From: Eledone cirrhosa
Taxonomy: Eukaryota
Assembly: GCA_964016885.1 (NCBI GenBank)
Contig: OZ024740.1
Location: forward strand, 305,660,001 to 305,724,000
Direction: 5' to 3'
DNA length: 64,000 nucleotides
How positions within the stretch are numbered: the stretch's first letter is position 1; the number at the start of each line of letters is the position of its first letter. Shown here one piece after another: positions 1-15,310 of this stretch. The position numbers and the translations under genes were made by a program. A model generated the notes under the pieces. The model searched no databases. It worked only from the letters and a program-made list of their open reading frames with translations, and had not been told where the DNA came from.

Positions 1-1634
1 AAATTAGACGAACATTCCTTTTTAACGTTTTACTTTTCCATTCACCAGAACGAACCTGTACCTTTATTTTATGTTTTTGATGATTTAATAGGAAAATCTG
101 CTACACTTGTTCATTATTTCTTTGCTACCGCATCATCTTTATCTAGTTCCCTGCCTTTATATAAACTACTATGAGGCTTTTAGATTTCCATATGATATGT
201 CTTCTCTCTTAAATTGTCAAATATAGAGCGAAGAATGATATCTACATATAATTAAGGCAGTTTGGCCAGCAGGCGCTAGAGGCAATATCAGCTGTGGTTT
301 GAGACAATATTGGTTTAGGAAACAAAAGCCAAATAACAGTCTTCATCTTCTGAGGGTAGGAGGAGGCGGATTTTTTCTTCTTCAATCTATTATATCGTCA
401 GCCATCTTAATGTTAACTGCGCAGCGTTCAAACAACACCATTCTACACTAATTAAGACAGCCTTGCCAACACCTTCACGTGATTATGACGTGCAAATAAC
501 GGTTGCAGCCACATGATATATTCCGATATCATGTCAGCTTTCCTGCTAGATCTGTTTTGAGTTAATTCCGCGTTGGCTGCTTAAGCAAATCTAACCTTTG
601 CTTCTGCCTCCTTATCTTCAGTTGTTAGCTAGCCTTTTCACTTCTATTCCTCTCTCATTCCTTCTTGTTTTTCTTGTTTATCTGCTGTGACCATGATGAT
701 GGACTTTCGCAACCATTGAGTCAAATTGAAACACCAACCCACATTTTATAAATTTGTTTTCGTTTGTGTTGATTTTGTTGTTGTTTATTATATCTTTTTA
801 TGTAAAATAGAAGACACCGGACATTAATTTTTTTTCCCTTTCTTAAAGCAGATCGAGTTAGCAAACATTCATAACATTGTGTAAGGTAGAAGAGAGAAAG
901 AATAGAAAAAGAAAAGAATGAAAAGACAATTCCTACCATCAGCAACGCCATTACTAACACGACCACTCCCAATAACCAAATACAAACCACAATAACAAGA
1001 TCTACAATAATGACAATAACAACAATAGTAGCAGCAAGATTGCATCATAATAATGATGATGATATCGAAGCTAATAATGATAATGGTGATGTTAATAGAT
1101 ACAAATGCTGTCCGAAGTAAATGCTAACTAACTACCGTGTGCTTATGTTTGGTTTCTAGAAAGCAGCCGACACACGTAGGGTGATGGAAAGCAACTAATA
1201 CAGCTTTGCAACCGCCGGACAAACAACCAAATAAATAAACAAATATGCTAATATCTAGAGAGGCAGAGGTCAAAGAGGACAAAGAAACCATACAAAAGCA
1301 TGAATGCAAGCAAACAGCTACAGTAACAGCAAACGTAAACCCCAAGTAACATATGACACAGATACACACACACGCGTGCGTACTGACACATATAAATAAA
1401 AACACACTCACTTATATACATAAATACACTCAGCCTTGCACTATTTCATGCAAATATATACACATAAACGCATTGTAATATGTAAATAAGGTGGTGGAGG
1501 AACATAATAAGTCCTTCGAAACATTGTTAATGTAAATCAGTAGAGGAGAGGGTTTCGTGGGGAGTCGTGGTTACAAATAATTAAATACTTAAGAAATATA
1601 TAAGAATATCATTTGTACACTGAAACATATTTGC

Positions 1635-1743
<109 letters not shown>

Positions 1744-2959
1744 TCTTTTTTTTCTTTCATAATTTTTAGTCATAAATGCCCCACTATGAAGGGTTTGTGT
1801 AGTTGTTCACATTAAGACCATTATATGGGTTTAGCTTTAGTACTTATTTTATCGATCTCTATTTATTGAATCTCAGAATCTAGAATTAAGTATAGAATGG
1901 ATTGGACCTCCGCCTGTTTCAACGATGAGTGATCAATGGAACAGCCTGCTCATGAAATTACCGTAAACGTGTACCCTTAATATAATTCTCAGGGGAATTC
2001 AGCGTGATACAGTGTATGAGAAAGCTGGGTCATCGGACGGGGTTCCAAACAGTTTCCGCCTACCTAATTTAACTCACAAGGCATGGATCGACCCAAAGCT
2101 ACGATAAAGCACATTTGGGATCTTAACCATTCGACCATGCTGCGTTCACTGAGTTGAATATATTAAATTATTTAAACAATAGTTCACAGATTTTTAAATA
2201 TGGTTTGATCCTGTTGACCTCCTTAAGGACTTCTTCTCATTCAAAAAGGATCAGAATGATCGAAATAGATTTACAAAACATTGTCTAGATAAATTAACGT
2301 ATCTATATCTGCTTTTCGAAACATTGAGTACTATATCTAAAAGCACATCCTAACAATACGCTAATTTTGGCTGAGCCGCTTATCGCATTGTCAAAAATAT
2401 AGATGAATCCAGTTATCAACTAAAAGCATTGCTGTTGAAGACTGACAATTTCATTAAAAGACTTAGGTGGCATGCTTTTATTTTTCTTTGATAAACAAGA
2501 TGCCAACAAGCACCTTATCTTTAGATATGGATTAAAAACCACACACATGCCCACCCGTAAATACGCTTTTATTACATTTTGAAGAAGCCTGATTCTCTTT
2601 AATTAAAAACATTGAATTCTGTAATGTTAGGAATAATTTCCAAATGAAATTAAAATACATGAAATCAAGAACTCTAATTAGATTTACTTGAAATTAGACA
2701 AGACCAAAAACCGATACCGAATTGATCATATAACTTATAGATTGCTTTCTTTTGCAATCGTATGGGACACCATAAACGAAAGTAACCATCAAGGCCAACA
2801 TGTTACTTCACATTTATGCATAAATGATACAACCGAACCCCTCATCCCCACGGCAAAACAAGCAAATTTTACATTGAAGCCATTGTATTTTGAAGAAAAT
2901 ATAGTGTTTCCTTATTTTATTCTATAGAATTTATTGGTGAATTCTTGCGGACCCCCCCC

Positions 2960-2993
<34 letters not shown>

Positions 2994-4226
2994 CACCCCT
3001 CCTCTCTCTCTCCTTCTCTCACGCTTGCGCATACATACATGCAACCCTCACACATTTGCATAGAAACAGAAATAAAGAAGATACGAAGGAAAAAGAAAAT
3101 CAGTCAAATTTCGACAAAAGGCAAGTGAAGAAAGAAGACGTTGAAATGATAACATTAAAGGGTTAACAGGTTTTAGCGTGTGTGACACATCACTGTAGCA
3201 TAGAAGAAGATCAGTTGTTTAACTTGAAGTCAGTGGGAAATTTCTCTGAATAAACATCGACCGCAAATTGCCATTATCGAAAACCTATTCTCCTTCATTC
3301 TATTTTCATTTCAAAACATATGCAAGTATTTTTTTATCATTCAAACTCAAATGATAAAATTCATTTGGTTGAGATTTTTAATTTTCTTTTCAATTTTGTT
3401 CTGAGGACTTCAGGAAATTGCTGAAAATTATATGGAAATGGGATTCTTCGTTTTGATTCTCACCGTTTAATTTAAACGTATAAAATAGTATGTTTATTAT
3501 AACGCACGTAATAATCACACATCATACAAACATATGCAATCATACACATGACGTTGACAAACTCGCACACACAAACACATATAAATATATATACATACAT
3601 GCATACCCGCCATATATATATATATATATATTGTATATAAAACTTATTAATATATATGGCGATATGTGTGTCTATATATATAATACAAAGACACATCAAT
3701 ACATACACACACAGAGATAAACACACAACTACATCTGTTGTCTTAACTTACACAAACGCTTTGGTAGTTTGTTATGTATATCTTGGCTTACTCATTTTAG
3801 CAATGGAAATTAAAGGCTAACATTGAAATACTTCTCTCACAAGCTTGACTGCAGGGTAGGAAGAGTTTAATATCTTGCCTAAGGATAAATCAAAACAAAT
3901 CAACAGGATGCGAATTTCGACATGTGTTCTAAAAAACTGCACTTTATCATATAAATGGTCTATTTATATAGAGTTTCTCTTCTTGATTGAATTCTTAGCG
4001 ATTGTTTACTTCTCCGTTTATTGTAATTACAACCACATCTAATATGTATTATAAGAGTATAAATCCACCTCAGTTATTGATAGTTATATTACTGAGGAAA
4101 GACAATGTGAACCACAGCAGAAGCAAGGTTGTAAAGAACAAAACGTTATCTCGAGAATGTCATCTTCTTATCGATGTCCCGTGTTCAACCATTCACATCT
4201 AAGTTTTTGTATATTGGTTGCTGATT

Positions 4227-4375
4227 TAGGTACAATGCCAACAATTTTGGGAGAGGGTAAAGTCAATTAAATCGACCCCAGTGCATTACTGGTGGTTTAT
4301 TTTATCGACCCCGTAAGGATGAAAGGCAAAACGAACCTCAACGGGATTTGAACTCACTGCCAATCCACTGCCCTA
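4227..4375 (-). mobile_element. SINE (major family, internally deleted)
   Basis: Homology to 18710-18897. Confidence 0.8.
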
Positions 4376-5760
4376 GGTTTTTGTATATTAATATCGTTTC
4401 AGATAGCGTATGTATGAATTGTGGAGTTACATTCTTTCTCCAAGAATCAAAGTTTAGCCATTCTTCAACCAAAACCAGTTGCATTTTCCTGTTGCCCAAT
4501 TGATAGCCAGTAAAAAACAACTGAAAGTATATTTTAAACAATGTATTTTTAAACTTCTCATACGAGGTTCATAGGTGTTTTCTTTCTCCTATACCTTTTT
4601 ATAATACATTGATGTCAAGTGGGGAACTTAATTCCACAACAGATGTTTATAATTTATAGTCTGAAACAACAATACCAGGCAGGTTGTGTTTTTATTTGGT
4701 TGCTGCTTTTAAAAATATATTTATAGGTTCCACTAATATTAGTGGAACATATCAATATTAATGTGTTCATTTATATTCGTTATTATAATCTTTATTGTGT
4801 TCCAGATTAGTCTGGTTTCCACATCACGTCTTATGAGAAAGTAATATATCAAAGAGATTCTCTCGCAGATGTCAATAATACGGCTGGTATATTAATTTTT
4901 GCTATGAGTTTATGTCATAACTATATAGCAACCATTTTGTTCGCAGCTGATACATATTTCTTTTGATTGGGTAAAAATGAGGATTGTTTGTAAGTGGGTA
5001 ACATAGAAACAGTCCGCAAGGAGAGATGGGAGTTCTAAACTTGTCGAAACTCCAAGCCAGGAGTTTAGTATGGTAAATCCTCTCTCTATGGACACAACGT
5101 AGTCCTTTGGTCAAGGAATTCAGAAGGCCAAATGTCGGTATGATATGAGGATAGGTACGGCAAAGGTATTGTGAAAGATATGTATATATAGGGAACACAC
5201 ACAAACACACACACATACAAACTCATATATATTATGGTCAGGTCAGGCTACTGGTACCATGTAACCCACTACAACCGGCTTCATGGTCGAATAGTCGGCG
5301 ACTAAACCAACTCCCCCACCAGATCCTAGACTGGTGAGGAGGGTAAGTGGAAACCCAGCAGCTAAAAAAAAAAAAAAGAGCTGTAAAAGGAAGGATGACT
5401 CTTCAGGGTCAATGGCCACCCAGCCTAACTATAGGCTAAATAGAGTCACCAACCCGCAATTGGCCAAGTGTCGTAAGTACAGCTACACCCCTGACATGAC
5501 CAACACCAAACAGAAAGCGGTGGAGGTCAACCAGGGAGGGGTTCCCCCAACAAAAGTGTGAAGGCCCTGAATTTTACCCCAGAAGAAGTGTAACTAAGTA
5601 CCTTTGGATATTTAATCCGGCATTTCTGGCTAGAATATAAAAGTTTTTAAAATACACATAATGGCCTCAAACACTTTGGTGTAATCGTACTACGGCCATC
5701 CAGCATGTGCGAAGTTCGATTCCCATGCGCATCTTTGTCCGGGTTTTTTCCGTCTCCAAG

Positions 5761-5823
<63 letters not shown>

Positions 5824-6166
5824 ATTGTTAGGACATCATTGTTAGGACATCATTGTAGAAGGAAAACTGATATATAGCCTACGACTCGATGGCAGCTAAT
5901 GATGTTACCTGTTCTTCTTTTAGGATATCTACCATCGTTGTGTGGCATTGGTCTAGAGCAAATCCTTTCTTCTCTTATAGTATTAAGCAAAGGCATCACT
6001 TGATCTAAACGTCTTTCGCGTGTTTTGGCTGGCTGTAACAAAAAATGGCTTCTTTTCTTTCGCTGCAGCTTATGCAGAAGAAATGTATTTGGCATGACTA
6101 AAACGTTGGTTCGTGTCACCCATGTGTGAGAAAAGGATCAGGTGATGGCAATTCTCGAAATACAGT

Positions 6167-6202
<36 letters not shown>

Positions 6203-6207
<5 letters not shown>

Positions 6208-6305
6208 AAAAGAGTCAGGACCCCATTGCTCACTCTACTACCCTAAATATCGAGTACTCTGGTGCGTTATGGTACACCTGGTTTCTTACCATACTTTCTT
6301 TGTTA
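6203..6305 (+). mobile_element. Family A element (short remnant)
   Basis: taggaaaagagtcaggacccc followed by the tail cactctactaccctaaatatcgagtactctggtgcgttatgg..., between (TA)n tracts. Confidence 0.6.
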
Positions 6306-6306
6306 T

Positions 6307-6487
<181 letters not shown>

Positions 6488-6533
6488 TAGGTCTCAACAC
6501 TACAGACTATATATATATATATATAATATATAT

Positions 6534-6569
<36 letters not shown>

Positions 6570-7136
6570 GTGCTGAGACCAAGGAGACCACTAATCATGG
6601 GATTAGTCAATGCAGAGTGGGTATAAAGATATGTGTGTGTTTATATTTATCTTTGTATTTAGGTTTCAGCAAAACAGATAGAGAAAGTAATACTGGGGTC
6701 GATGTGATCTGTAGACTCCACCAATCAGAAAATAGATATTTCTATCACACAAACACTAAGGAGGAATTGAATCGGTGTCTTATGTTCGCCATATTTACAC
6801 CAGAATGGAACTATTTAGCCTGCAACATATCAACATAACGACTTCACATAATTGTGTTAACATTTGATGATGTCATACCGGTGCCAGTTACCGATGTTAC
6901 CATTACATAATAACTACCCACCATATCATCATTGAAACACGTATAATGTCATAAATACAATTATGTAACCGTAACATCTGTCTTAATGTTATTTCGTACA
7001 TGAAAACTCCGTCGCGTTTAATCGCCATCACAACGCTGGATATATATGACTGACATGGAGTGTTTGAAATTGCTTGAACCTGTTTATCTTCGTGACGACG
7101 CAACGTAACCTTTACAAATGAACATCATAATAATTA

Positions 7137-7198
<62 letters not shown>

Positions 7199-7277
7199 GC
7201 ACACAACATGCTTGACACACACATACATACTTAGAGATCGTACTCATAGATATACATTAAGTTATGAATTAACTCAC

Positions 7278-7404
7278 CCGCATATGCTTATTCAGGCTTG
7301 ATGACTGACTGAAGCTTTTACCGCAGACAATACATTTGTGAGGCCGGTGTTTTTCGTGGACGTGTAGTATGTGGATACGTAAGCGGTCTCTTTTCTCAAA
7401 AGAT
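7278..7404 (-). CDS. PRDM14: PRDM14 internal coding exon (zinc fingers)
   Basis: caacAG acceptor at 7406-7405. The first base completes the AG+A Arg codon from the upstream exon. Reads SFEKRDRLRIHILHVHEKHRPHKCIVCGKSFSQSSSLNKHMR, then donor CGG|GTGAGT (phase 0). Matches the PRDM14 zinc-finger array. Confidence 0.95.
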
Positions 7405-7914
7405 CTGTTGGGAGTATATATATCAATGAATAAATATAGTAAATTAATGCAAAAATTAAATAGGTAAGTATTTTTTAATGACATGCAATAGGTACAGTAA
7501 GCTCACACACATTTAACACAGTGAGGATTATCCAAGGAATTAGTGGACAAAAACTGTCTCTCAGAACGTTTAGAATTTAAAAACAACATCCAGGGAAGAT
7601 AACTCCAATAAGATAAGTTGATCGATAGTTCTGGACAATATAGACAATGTAGATTGTGTGTCTGGTATTTAAAGCCAACCGGGGAAAGAAAGACATGTTT
7701 CAATATTATTAGACCTCTTTGAGTCGAACATCAGGCAAATGCTTATCAGTATTTGTTTTGGTTATTTACATTAAATCTCAACGAGTCAATTTTCATTTTC
7801 ATCCTTCCAGGTTTCATAAAATAAAGAAGTTGTCAAGTACTAGGGTTGATATAATCAATTTTTCCCTTACCCTCAAAATTGATTTCCCTCTAATTTTTGC
7901 ATAAGAAACAACAG

Positions 7915-8310
7915 AGATGTTCATGCAGAAAGAATGATGAATTCGCGTTAGACCAGGCATGTAATATCAAGTCAGTCTTATAGGTGGCAAATAGTGTACA
8001 GAAAACACTATATTGGCTTGGGAGAAGATAAATTTAAACCATGTTCCATCATTCAGTTATGCAGACAAGTGAAACACCAATACAACGAACAATGTATAGG
8101 CCTTAAAAGATAGAAATAAAGACTATATTATTAGATGTTTGAGAAGCCTAAGGCTTATATAAGTCTCTCAAGTAAACGCACGTCTTGTATTACTGAAAAT
8201 ACCTAAATGCATCTAGTATTGAAAAACTCTAACGACTGCCTCATCTGCAAGATGAGTATTTTTACAAGTTGCCCTAATTTCTGAAAGAACCTACTTACAT
8301 ACTGGAAAAC
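7915..8310 (+). mobile_element. Decayed Penelope-like element GIY-YIG endonuclease (C-terminal ORF remnant)
   Basis: Frameshifted, stop-containing translation gives, in order, RCSCRKNDEFALDQACNIKSVL*, YIGLGEDKFK, SFSYADK*NT..V*ALKDRNKDYIIR, KAYISLSSKRTSCITE and IFTSCPNF*KNLL. These follow the PLE pattern CxCR..CPL.G.C...SVIY / YIG.TE..FK / W.LK / C.LC..EK / CRH. A pyrimidine-rich 3' stretch follows. Confidence 0.72.
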
Positions 8311-10574
8311 TCACCATCCGGACTTACCCACAGCGATTGTCACCTTCTCACCTTTTCTCTTCACTTTTCTAAGCACCTTTTCATGCTCTTTCCATATTTC
8401 AGAACATCACTCTCTTATACTTTTCTACCCAAACTTATCCCACTTTTCCCCCATTCCTTCTCTTTACCTTCTACACCCTCTAATTATACATTATTGCACA
8501 TATCCATCTGTAATAATATCCTCTGTAATGACATCATCTTTAAAACTAATCGTTTAGTTATTTAATCTGACTTTAGACTTGACCAAATATATGAGAGCGT
8601 GCTCAGTACATACACAGTCATATATAGAGACTTAGACACCAATGCTCAAACTCTGTATTTCTTCTATGTAGATTAAACATTTATCTTACCTAAGGGAAAT
8701 AGCATAAACTATAATCAATAGTGTTAACAGCCCTATACCAAACTTTTCGTCTTACTAATAGGCCAGAAGCAAATCTCACCGCTCAATGTTATTGAATTTC
8801 CCCGGACAGACCTTGATGAAGCGTTGTAAGATGGGCCTCTTTTGTGAATATAATCCAAATAATACCTGCTTCACACGTGAAGCCGATGGCCAACAATACA
8901 ACGCTATGTGTATATTCGTTATATTTGATCTGCCACAGCTGTAAATGTTCTCTCACTAATTGTTGATAATGTAATGTTACACACACAAACACGCACACAT
9001 ATACATACAAGATGGTTGAAAACTCTGCTAAGAGTATTGCAATCTCTTGTCAGATTACAGAAAATGGTGCACTTCTAGGCTACGGCCAGCCACACGAACC
9101 TGTAACATAACCTGAAAAATAAATGCCTATCCTGTGAATTTTTTTTAAAGTGGGGAAAGGCCTTGCACTCAACCAATCCCACTCTCTGAGCATCGAAAAC
9201 ACTACCCGAAAAGGAGAACTGGTCAACATCATCGGATGGCGAGTTCCTCCGTCCATCACCGAGTCTTGTATTTCATCCCGCTGGGTGTTCAAACATCACC
9301 ATCCTCACCAAGCAAGCTTGGTAGGGTTGCCGGTTTAGTCCCCGACGACCCGACCATGAGACAGGTTGTACTGGGTTACATGTTACCTGTAGCACTCGAG
9401 AGCAACCTGGTATACATACATACACACATAATATATACGTACATAAATACATATACACACAAATGCATATATACACTCGCACGTATCACAAAAACTAGAA
9501 TCATGATTAATTTTCTGTTTCCTTCTAAATGTTACCCGGAAATCAAATATATTTTGGGTGTAAACATGGTGGCCAGATTTGTGACATTTTCTATTTCTCA
9601 AGAACATAAACATCCTAAAATTATAAAAAAAACTATCATAAATCGAAACCCGATCACGTGCTTTGTTCACCTTTGCTATTTTTTGTTTTTATTGTTTTTT
9701 TTTGCTATTATGTTATTTTTTGTTTTGTAATTTTTGTTTTTTTGCAGTTTTGTTTTTGTTTGTGATTGAACAGAGAAAGTTGATATTGTTATTGTTGTTT
9801 GTTGTTATAGCGGAGAGAGAGAGAGAAGGGGAGAGAGAGAGAGAGAGGGAGAGGAGGGAGGGAGGGAGGAGTGAGGGGGTGGGAGGGTGGTAGATAATGG
9901 CTGTTACTCTAAAATGCAAACTGATGATATTGTAATAAAGCACTTAAGATGCATACTTTAAATAAACAAATATGTGTGTGTATGTATGTGTGTATGTGTG
10001 TGTATATGTGTGTGTATGTGTATGAATGCAAGTGTATGTGCATACAAGTGTGTGTATGTGTGTGTGTATGTGTGTGTGTGTATGTGTGCGTATGTGTCTG
10101 TGTGTGTGAATGCAAGTGTATGTGTATACATGTGTGACTATGTATGTGCGTGTATGTATGTGTGCGTGTGTGTGTGTATGTGTGTGAATGCAAGTGTATG
10201 TGTATACATGTGTGTGTGTCTGTGTGTGTATGTGTGCGAATGCAATTGTATGTGCATACATGTGTGTGTATGTGTGAGTGTGTATCTGTGTGTGTGTGAA
10301 TGCAAGTGCATGTGTATACATGTGTGAGTATGTGCGTGCGTGTATGTGTGCGTGTGTGTGTGTATGTGTGTGAATGCAGGTGTATGTGTATACATGTGTG
10401 TGTATGTGTGTGTGTGTGTGTAAGTGCATGTGTATACACGTGTGAGTATGTGTGTGCGTGTATGTATGTGTGTGTATGTGTATACATGTGTGTGTATATA
10501 TGTACATGCGTGAGTGTGTGAACGTGTGCAGTTAACAGAGTGTACGTATACGTAAAAAGAGTGTATGGGTGTAT

Positions 10575-10870
10575 ATGTGTACCTATGTGAGCCTATGTGT
10601 ACCTATGTGTACCTATGTGAGCCTATGTGTACCTATGTGAGCCTATGTGTACCTATGTGTACCTATGTGTACCTATGTGTACCTATGTGTACCTATGTGA
10701 GCCTATGTGTACCTATGTGAGCCTATGTGTACCTATGTGTACCTATGTGTACCTATGTGAGCCTATGTGTACCTATGTGTACCTATGTGAGCCTATGTGT
10801 ACCTATGTGAGCCTATGTGTACCTATGTGTACCTATGTGAGCCTATGTGTACCTATGTGAGTCTATGTGG
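10575..10870. repeat. 10-bp minisatellite ((a/g)cctatgtg(t/a))
   Basis: About 29 tandem units, visible directly. Confidence 0.95.
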
Positions 10871-11178
10871 AAAAGGAAGGGATATGAAGCTACTCAACAT
10901 GAAGACCAAAGAGCATTTTAAGATATTCAATTTCCAAAAACAAAAGCTAAGCTAAACTACACAAAACAACACAAGACAAAAATCATATAATGTTGCACAC
11001 ACACACACACACCCACGCACACATACACACGCACACACACACACACTCACACACATACACACACACACATACACACATACACTCTTTCAACTGCACACTT
11101 TCACACACTCACGCATGCACACACACACATTCACATTTTCTCTTTTCGCACCACATTACCAAAACGTCATATAAAACA

Positions 11179-11213
<35 letters not shown>

Positions 11214-11354
11214 CACACACACACTCACACACATACACACACACACACACCCATACACTCTTTCAACTGCACACTTTCACACACTCACGCATGCACACAC
11301 ACACATTCACATTTTCTCTTTTCGCACCACATTACCAAAACGTCATATAAAACA

Positions 11355-11385
<31 letters not shown>

Positions 11386-11537
11386 ATTTTTGTTATTGTT
11401 GAAATATCGAATCCCTATTTTTACAGAAACGATAAATGAAATAAATCAATGATTTTATTTTAAAAAATGCTATTTTGTTGTAGATGTTGTTGTTAATGTG
11501 CGATAATTTAACAGTTTGATCATTTCTGCTAAGAAAT

Positions 11538-11706
11538 AATTGTTTCTATTTTAGGCACAAGGCCAGCAATTACCCAGTACATTACTGGTACTTTATTTTA
11601 TCGACCCCGTAAGGATGAATGGCAAAGTTAACCTCGGCGGGATTTGAACTCAGATCATAAAGGGACGTAACTCTTTGCTTCAAAGCATGGTGTCCGATAC
11701 TGCCAA
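11538..11706 (-). mobile_element. SINE (major family)
   Basis: Homology to 18710-18897. Confidence 0.85.
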
Positions 11707-12684
11707 GAAATAATAGCTGAATAAAGTGTTCATGCGAGTGAATGTGTAGAAAGCTGTGATTCTGTTATTGTTGTGGTGGTATAGTTGTTAATGGTTGTCA
11801 GTGTTGTTGTTGTTGTTGTCCCTTTTACAGTTTAGTCTGGAAGGGAAGGTCAGTGTTCATGACCCTTTTAAGAGCCCGAAAGACTGGTGGCTGTAGAGGG
11901 TAGTGCATGCATGCATGGTCCCGTACTCCCTGAAGGAGCTGTATTGACATACAGCGTTTCTAGAGCATTTTAAAACCTGGCAGAGAGTAGAGAGCGGGAA
12001 CGAATGCCACAAAGCATTCTATCCGACGTTCTAACGACTCTGCCAATTAACCATACAATGTTGGGTGGTAAGTAGCCAGAAACCAGAAACTTGAACCAAA
12101 CGCTTACATCTGAATGCACTCCATTAAAGTCACGGTTGTATGGTATTAAACCGGGTAACGGCCAAATGAGATTTTAACTCGGGACGTAGAGAGCTTGAAC
12201 AAATACTGCCAGGCGTACGAGCCAACGCCCTAACGACTCTGACAATTTACTGTCCTCGATTGTACTTTATTTACCGACTCCAGAATGATGAAAGGTAAAT
12301 TTGACATCGGCAGGATTTGAACAGGGAATGGAAAGAGCCGGAATAATAACTGGTGTAACGCTTTGGCTAATTCACCTATACTGTAACACTTTTTAAAATC
12401 ACCGCTGTTTAATACTAGAGCAGTTCTCATCTTTTTGTGTATTGGGGATTAGATAGTCCAAAGTATCTTTTTTTTTATTTAGGACACTAGAGTGTGATTT
12501 GAGGGATATTTAACTTACATTTCTAGCAGGTACAGCGACCACATAAAGTCTTCTTTGTGATATTGGTGCTGACTGGCTGTTTTTTGTATTATTGGAGGCT
12601 GCAGGTGAATGCTGAACGATCAGAAGTATGACCAATCATGACCACCCCGTCTGTTCAAAAGACAAAGTACTACTTCATCTAAAA

Positions 12685-13022
12685 CATAGGTTCTTAAACT
12701 TTTTGGGTCACGGCCACACAATACCCTCAGCACCCTCATCCCTACTCCCAGAAAAACCTGCCTACACGCAAATTAAAAATAATATATAATAAATAAAATC
12801 GTTAATTGATATATGTTAAATAATATAATATATACTATGTATAAATGAATATTAGATATTTTTTAAAATTTTACTATATTTATATACAATATGTATCATT
12901 TGATATTTAATATACTATTATATCATCTTTACCGCCCCCACTGTCCCTTTAGGCACCAGCGCCCCTTGGACCTTCTCAACGCCCCCAGGGGGAGGTAGTG
13001 CCCACCACTTTGAGAACCTCTG
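12685..13022. mobile_element. hAT (Charlie-like) MITE
   Basis: TIRs cataggttcttaaa / tttgagaacctctg; degenerate 8-bp TSD (atctaaaa / ccgtaaaa). A related copy lies at ~14725-15310. Confidence 0.65.
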
Positions 13023-13127
13023 CCGTAAAATATTGTCTGATGTTCTAACGGTGTGTACGTGTGGGGTGGGGGTGGGGGACTGCCAATTCACCGCCTACAT
13101 CAACATAAACAATTGTATCTATCTATC

Positions 13128-13182
<55 letters not shown>

Positions 13183-13195
13183 TTATCTATCTATA

Positions 13196-13282
<87 letters not shown>

Positions 13283-13324
13283 TTATCTATCTATCTATAT
13301 GGATGTATGTGTGTGCGTGTGAAA

Positions 13325-13377
<53 letters not shown>

Positions 13378-14456
13378 AAAGGTTATGAGGAATCGAAGAA
13401 AAGAAGACGTTACACAAATTAGTTACACAAATAAAAACATCGCACAAAATCATTTCAGGCATTTAGTTACGAACATTTAATTGCCGAAATGAATCTGGTC
13501 GCAATCAATGATAGAAACAGGATATTCCTCCTCTAAACCATCCCACACACCATTTGAAACATGTGGTTGGCATTCTTTCACCGACAGAATTATCTCCCTT
13601 TAATTTTATCACTGTTTAGAAGTTAACCAAAATACATAACAGACGTAAAAATATTTTAATTTAAAAAAGATAATTAACTGTCATTAAAAACTGAAAATTA
13701 AAGTTATGTATATTTAATATACATTAATAATTATATATTGATCAATACTTTTATCTGAACTAACATTAATAATTAAATTAAAGGTCATCTTTAGGAAGGT
13801 ATGTAAAATAAGTAGCGTCATTAATGTACCACATAGAAACTGTATATATACTCGACAGTATCAATGCATAATTAAGACCATGCTTTTAAGGATCATTTCT
13901 TAAGTATGTGTCGCAACGGTATCCGATTCTATTGAGCGGTACAACAACACCACGATGATGAGGTGTAGCTCTTCTCCCTGAGCGTGAAACAGGTGAACTA
14001 ATCAAGTCTCCCGCCTTCGCTTGAATAGTTTCACTATTGAGGATCGTTCTCTGTTGGTTTATAAAATAACTGACTGAGAGGGGAGAAGTGCCGCCTGAGT
14101 GGTGATCTTTATATAAATATTACATATAAGATGGTTGGTAGGGTTTCCTCACTTTCACACTGTGCATAACGGGCGTCGTGTGAGAACGACAATTATTTTG
14201 TGGTAGAGCGCCGAACACCAGGCTACACGGAATAGAGTTTACGGCCCTTTATATACGGTGTGTATATATATATGTGTGTGTGTGTGTACTGTACTGCACA
14301 TATATATATTTGTACTGCACTCTTTGCTTTGTTTTTGTTTTCTGTTTTAACTATAATATATATATATATATATACACACAATATATACACATATATATGT
14401 ATAATATATTATATATATATATACAGCGTCTATATATAATATATTATATATAGACG

Positions 14457-14496
<40 letters not shown>

Positions 14497-14526
14497 CGTC
14501 TATATATAATATATTATATATAGACG

Positions 14527-14563
<37 letters not shown>

Positions 14564-14724
14564 AAGAAAACACGTGATGCTGCAAAGTAGCTATTGTTTG
14601 CTTGAATGTTTTGTTATTTTATTTGTTGTCTATTGAAATATCTCAGACATTTCAACAGCAAGTTTCATGTGTGATTCAATAATATAAATAACTTTCCTAT
14701 TAGGACTAAAAGAAAAGTTTCACA

Positions 14725-15210
14725 CAGAGGTTTTCAAACCTTTTGAGTCACCCCCTCCTCCGACCTCCTCTCACGGCCACGTACAAGGGCCTTGTTTCAG
14801 AGGGGTACCAGCCGATAAGCCCCCCCCCCCCCCCCACACTTTTTCAAACGTCTATGTTTTATTTTTTGTTTATTTGATATAATAAATTCGTTTTAAGCTT
14901 GTTTTCTTTTTTTTATATCTGAACTTCATTTGAATATATTAAATTTAATTAGCGTAAAATTTTACTTATGTGATAGGGTCCGGGAAAGGCACCATACGCA
15001 ATACTAACATGCTCCTTTAAGAATCAACAAATGTTGGTTTGTCTCCCTCACATTTTAAAGGCAAACGAGGCCCCTGGCCACGTAATACCCTCAACACCCC
15101 AACCCTATTTCCAAAGAGACCTCCCTACACGCAAATTGTAAATAATATATAATAAATAAAATATATAATTTATATATGATAAATAATATAATATATACTA
15201 TGTATAAATA

Positions 15211-15250
<40 letters not shown>

Positions 15251-15310
15251 TTTACTATATTTATATATAACATTATATCATTTGATATTTAATATACTAT
15301 TATATCATCT
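14725..15310. mobile_element. Partial copy related to the 12685-13022 MITE
   Basis: Starts cagaggttttcaaacc; 15074-15310 aligns with 12712-12928. Confidence 0.55.
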
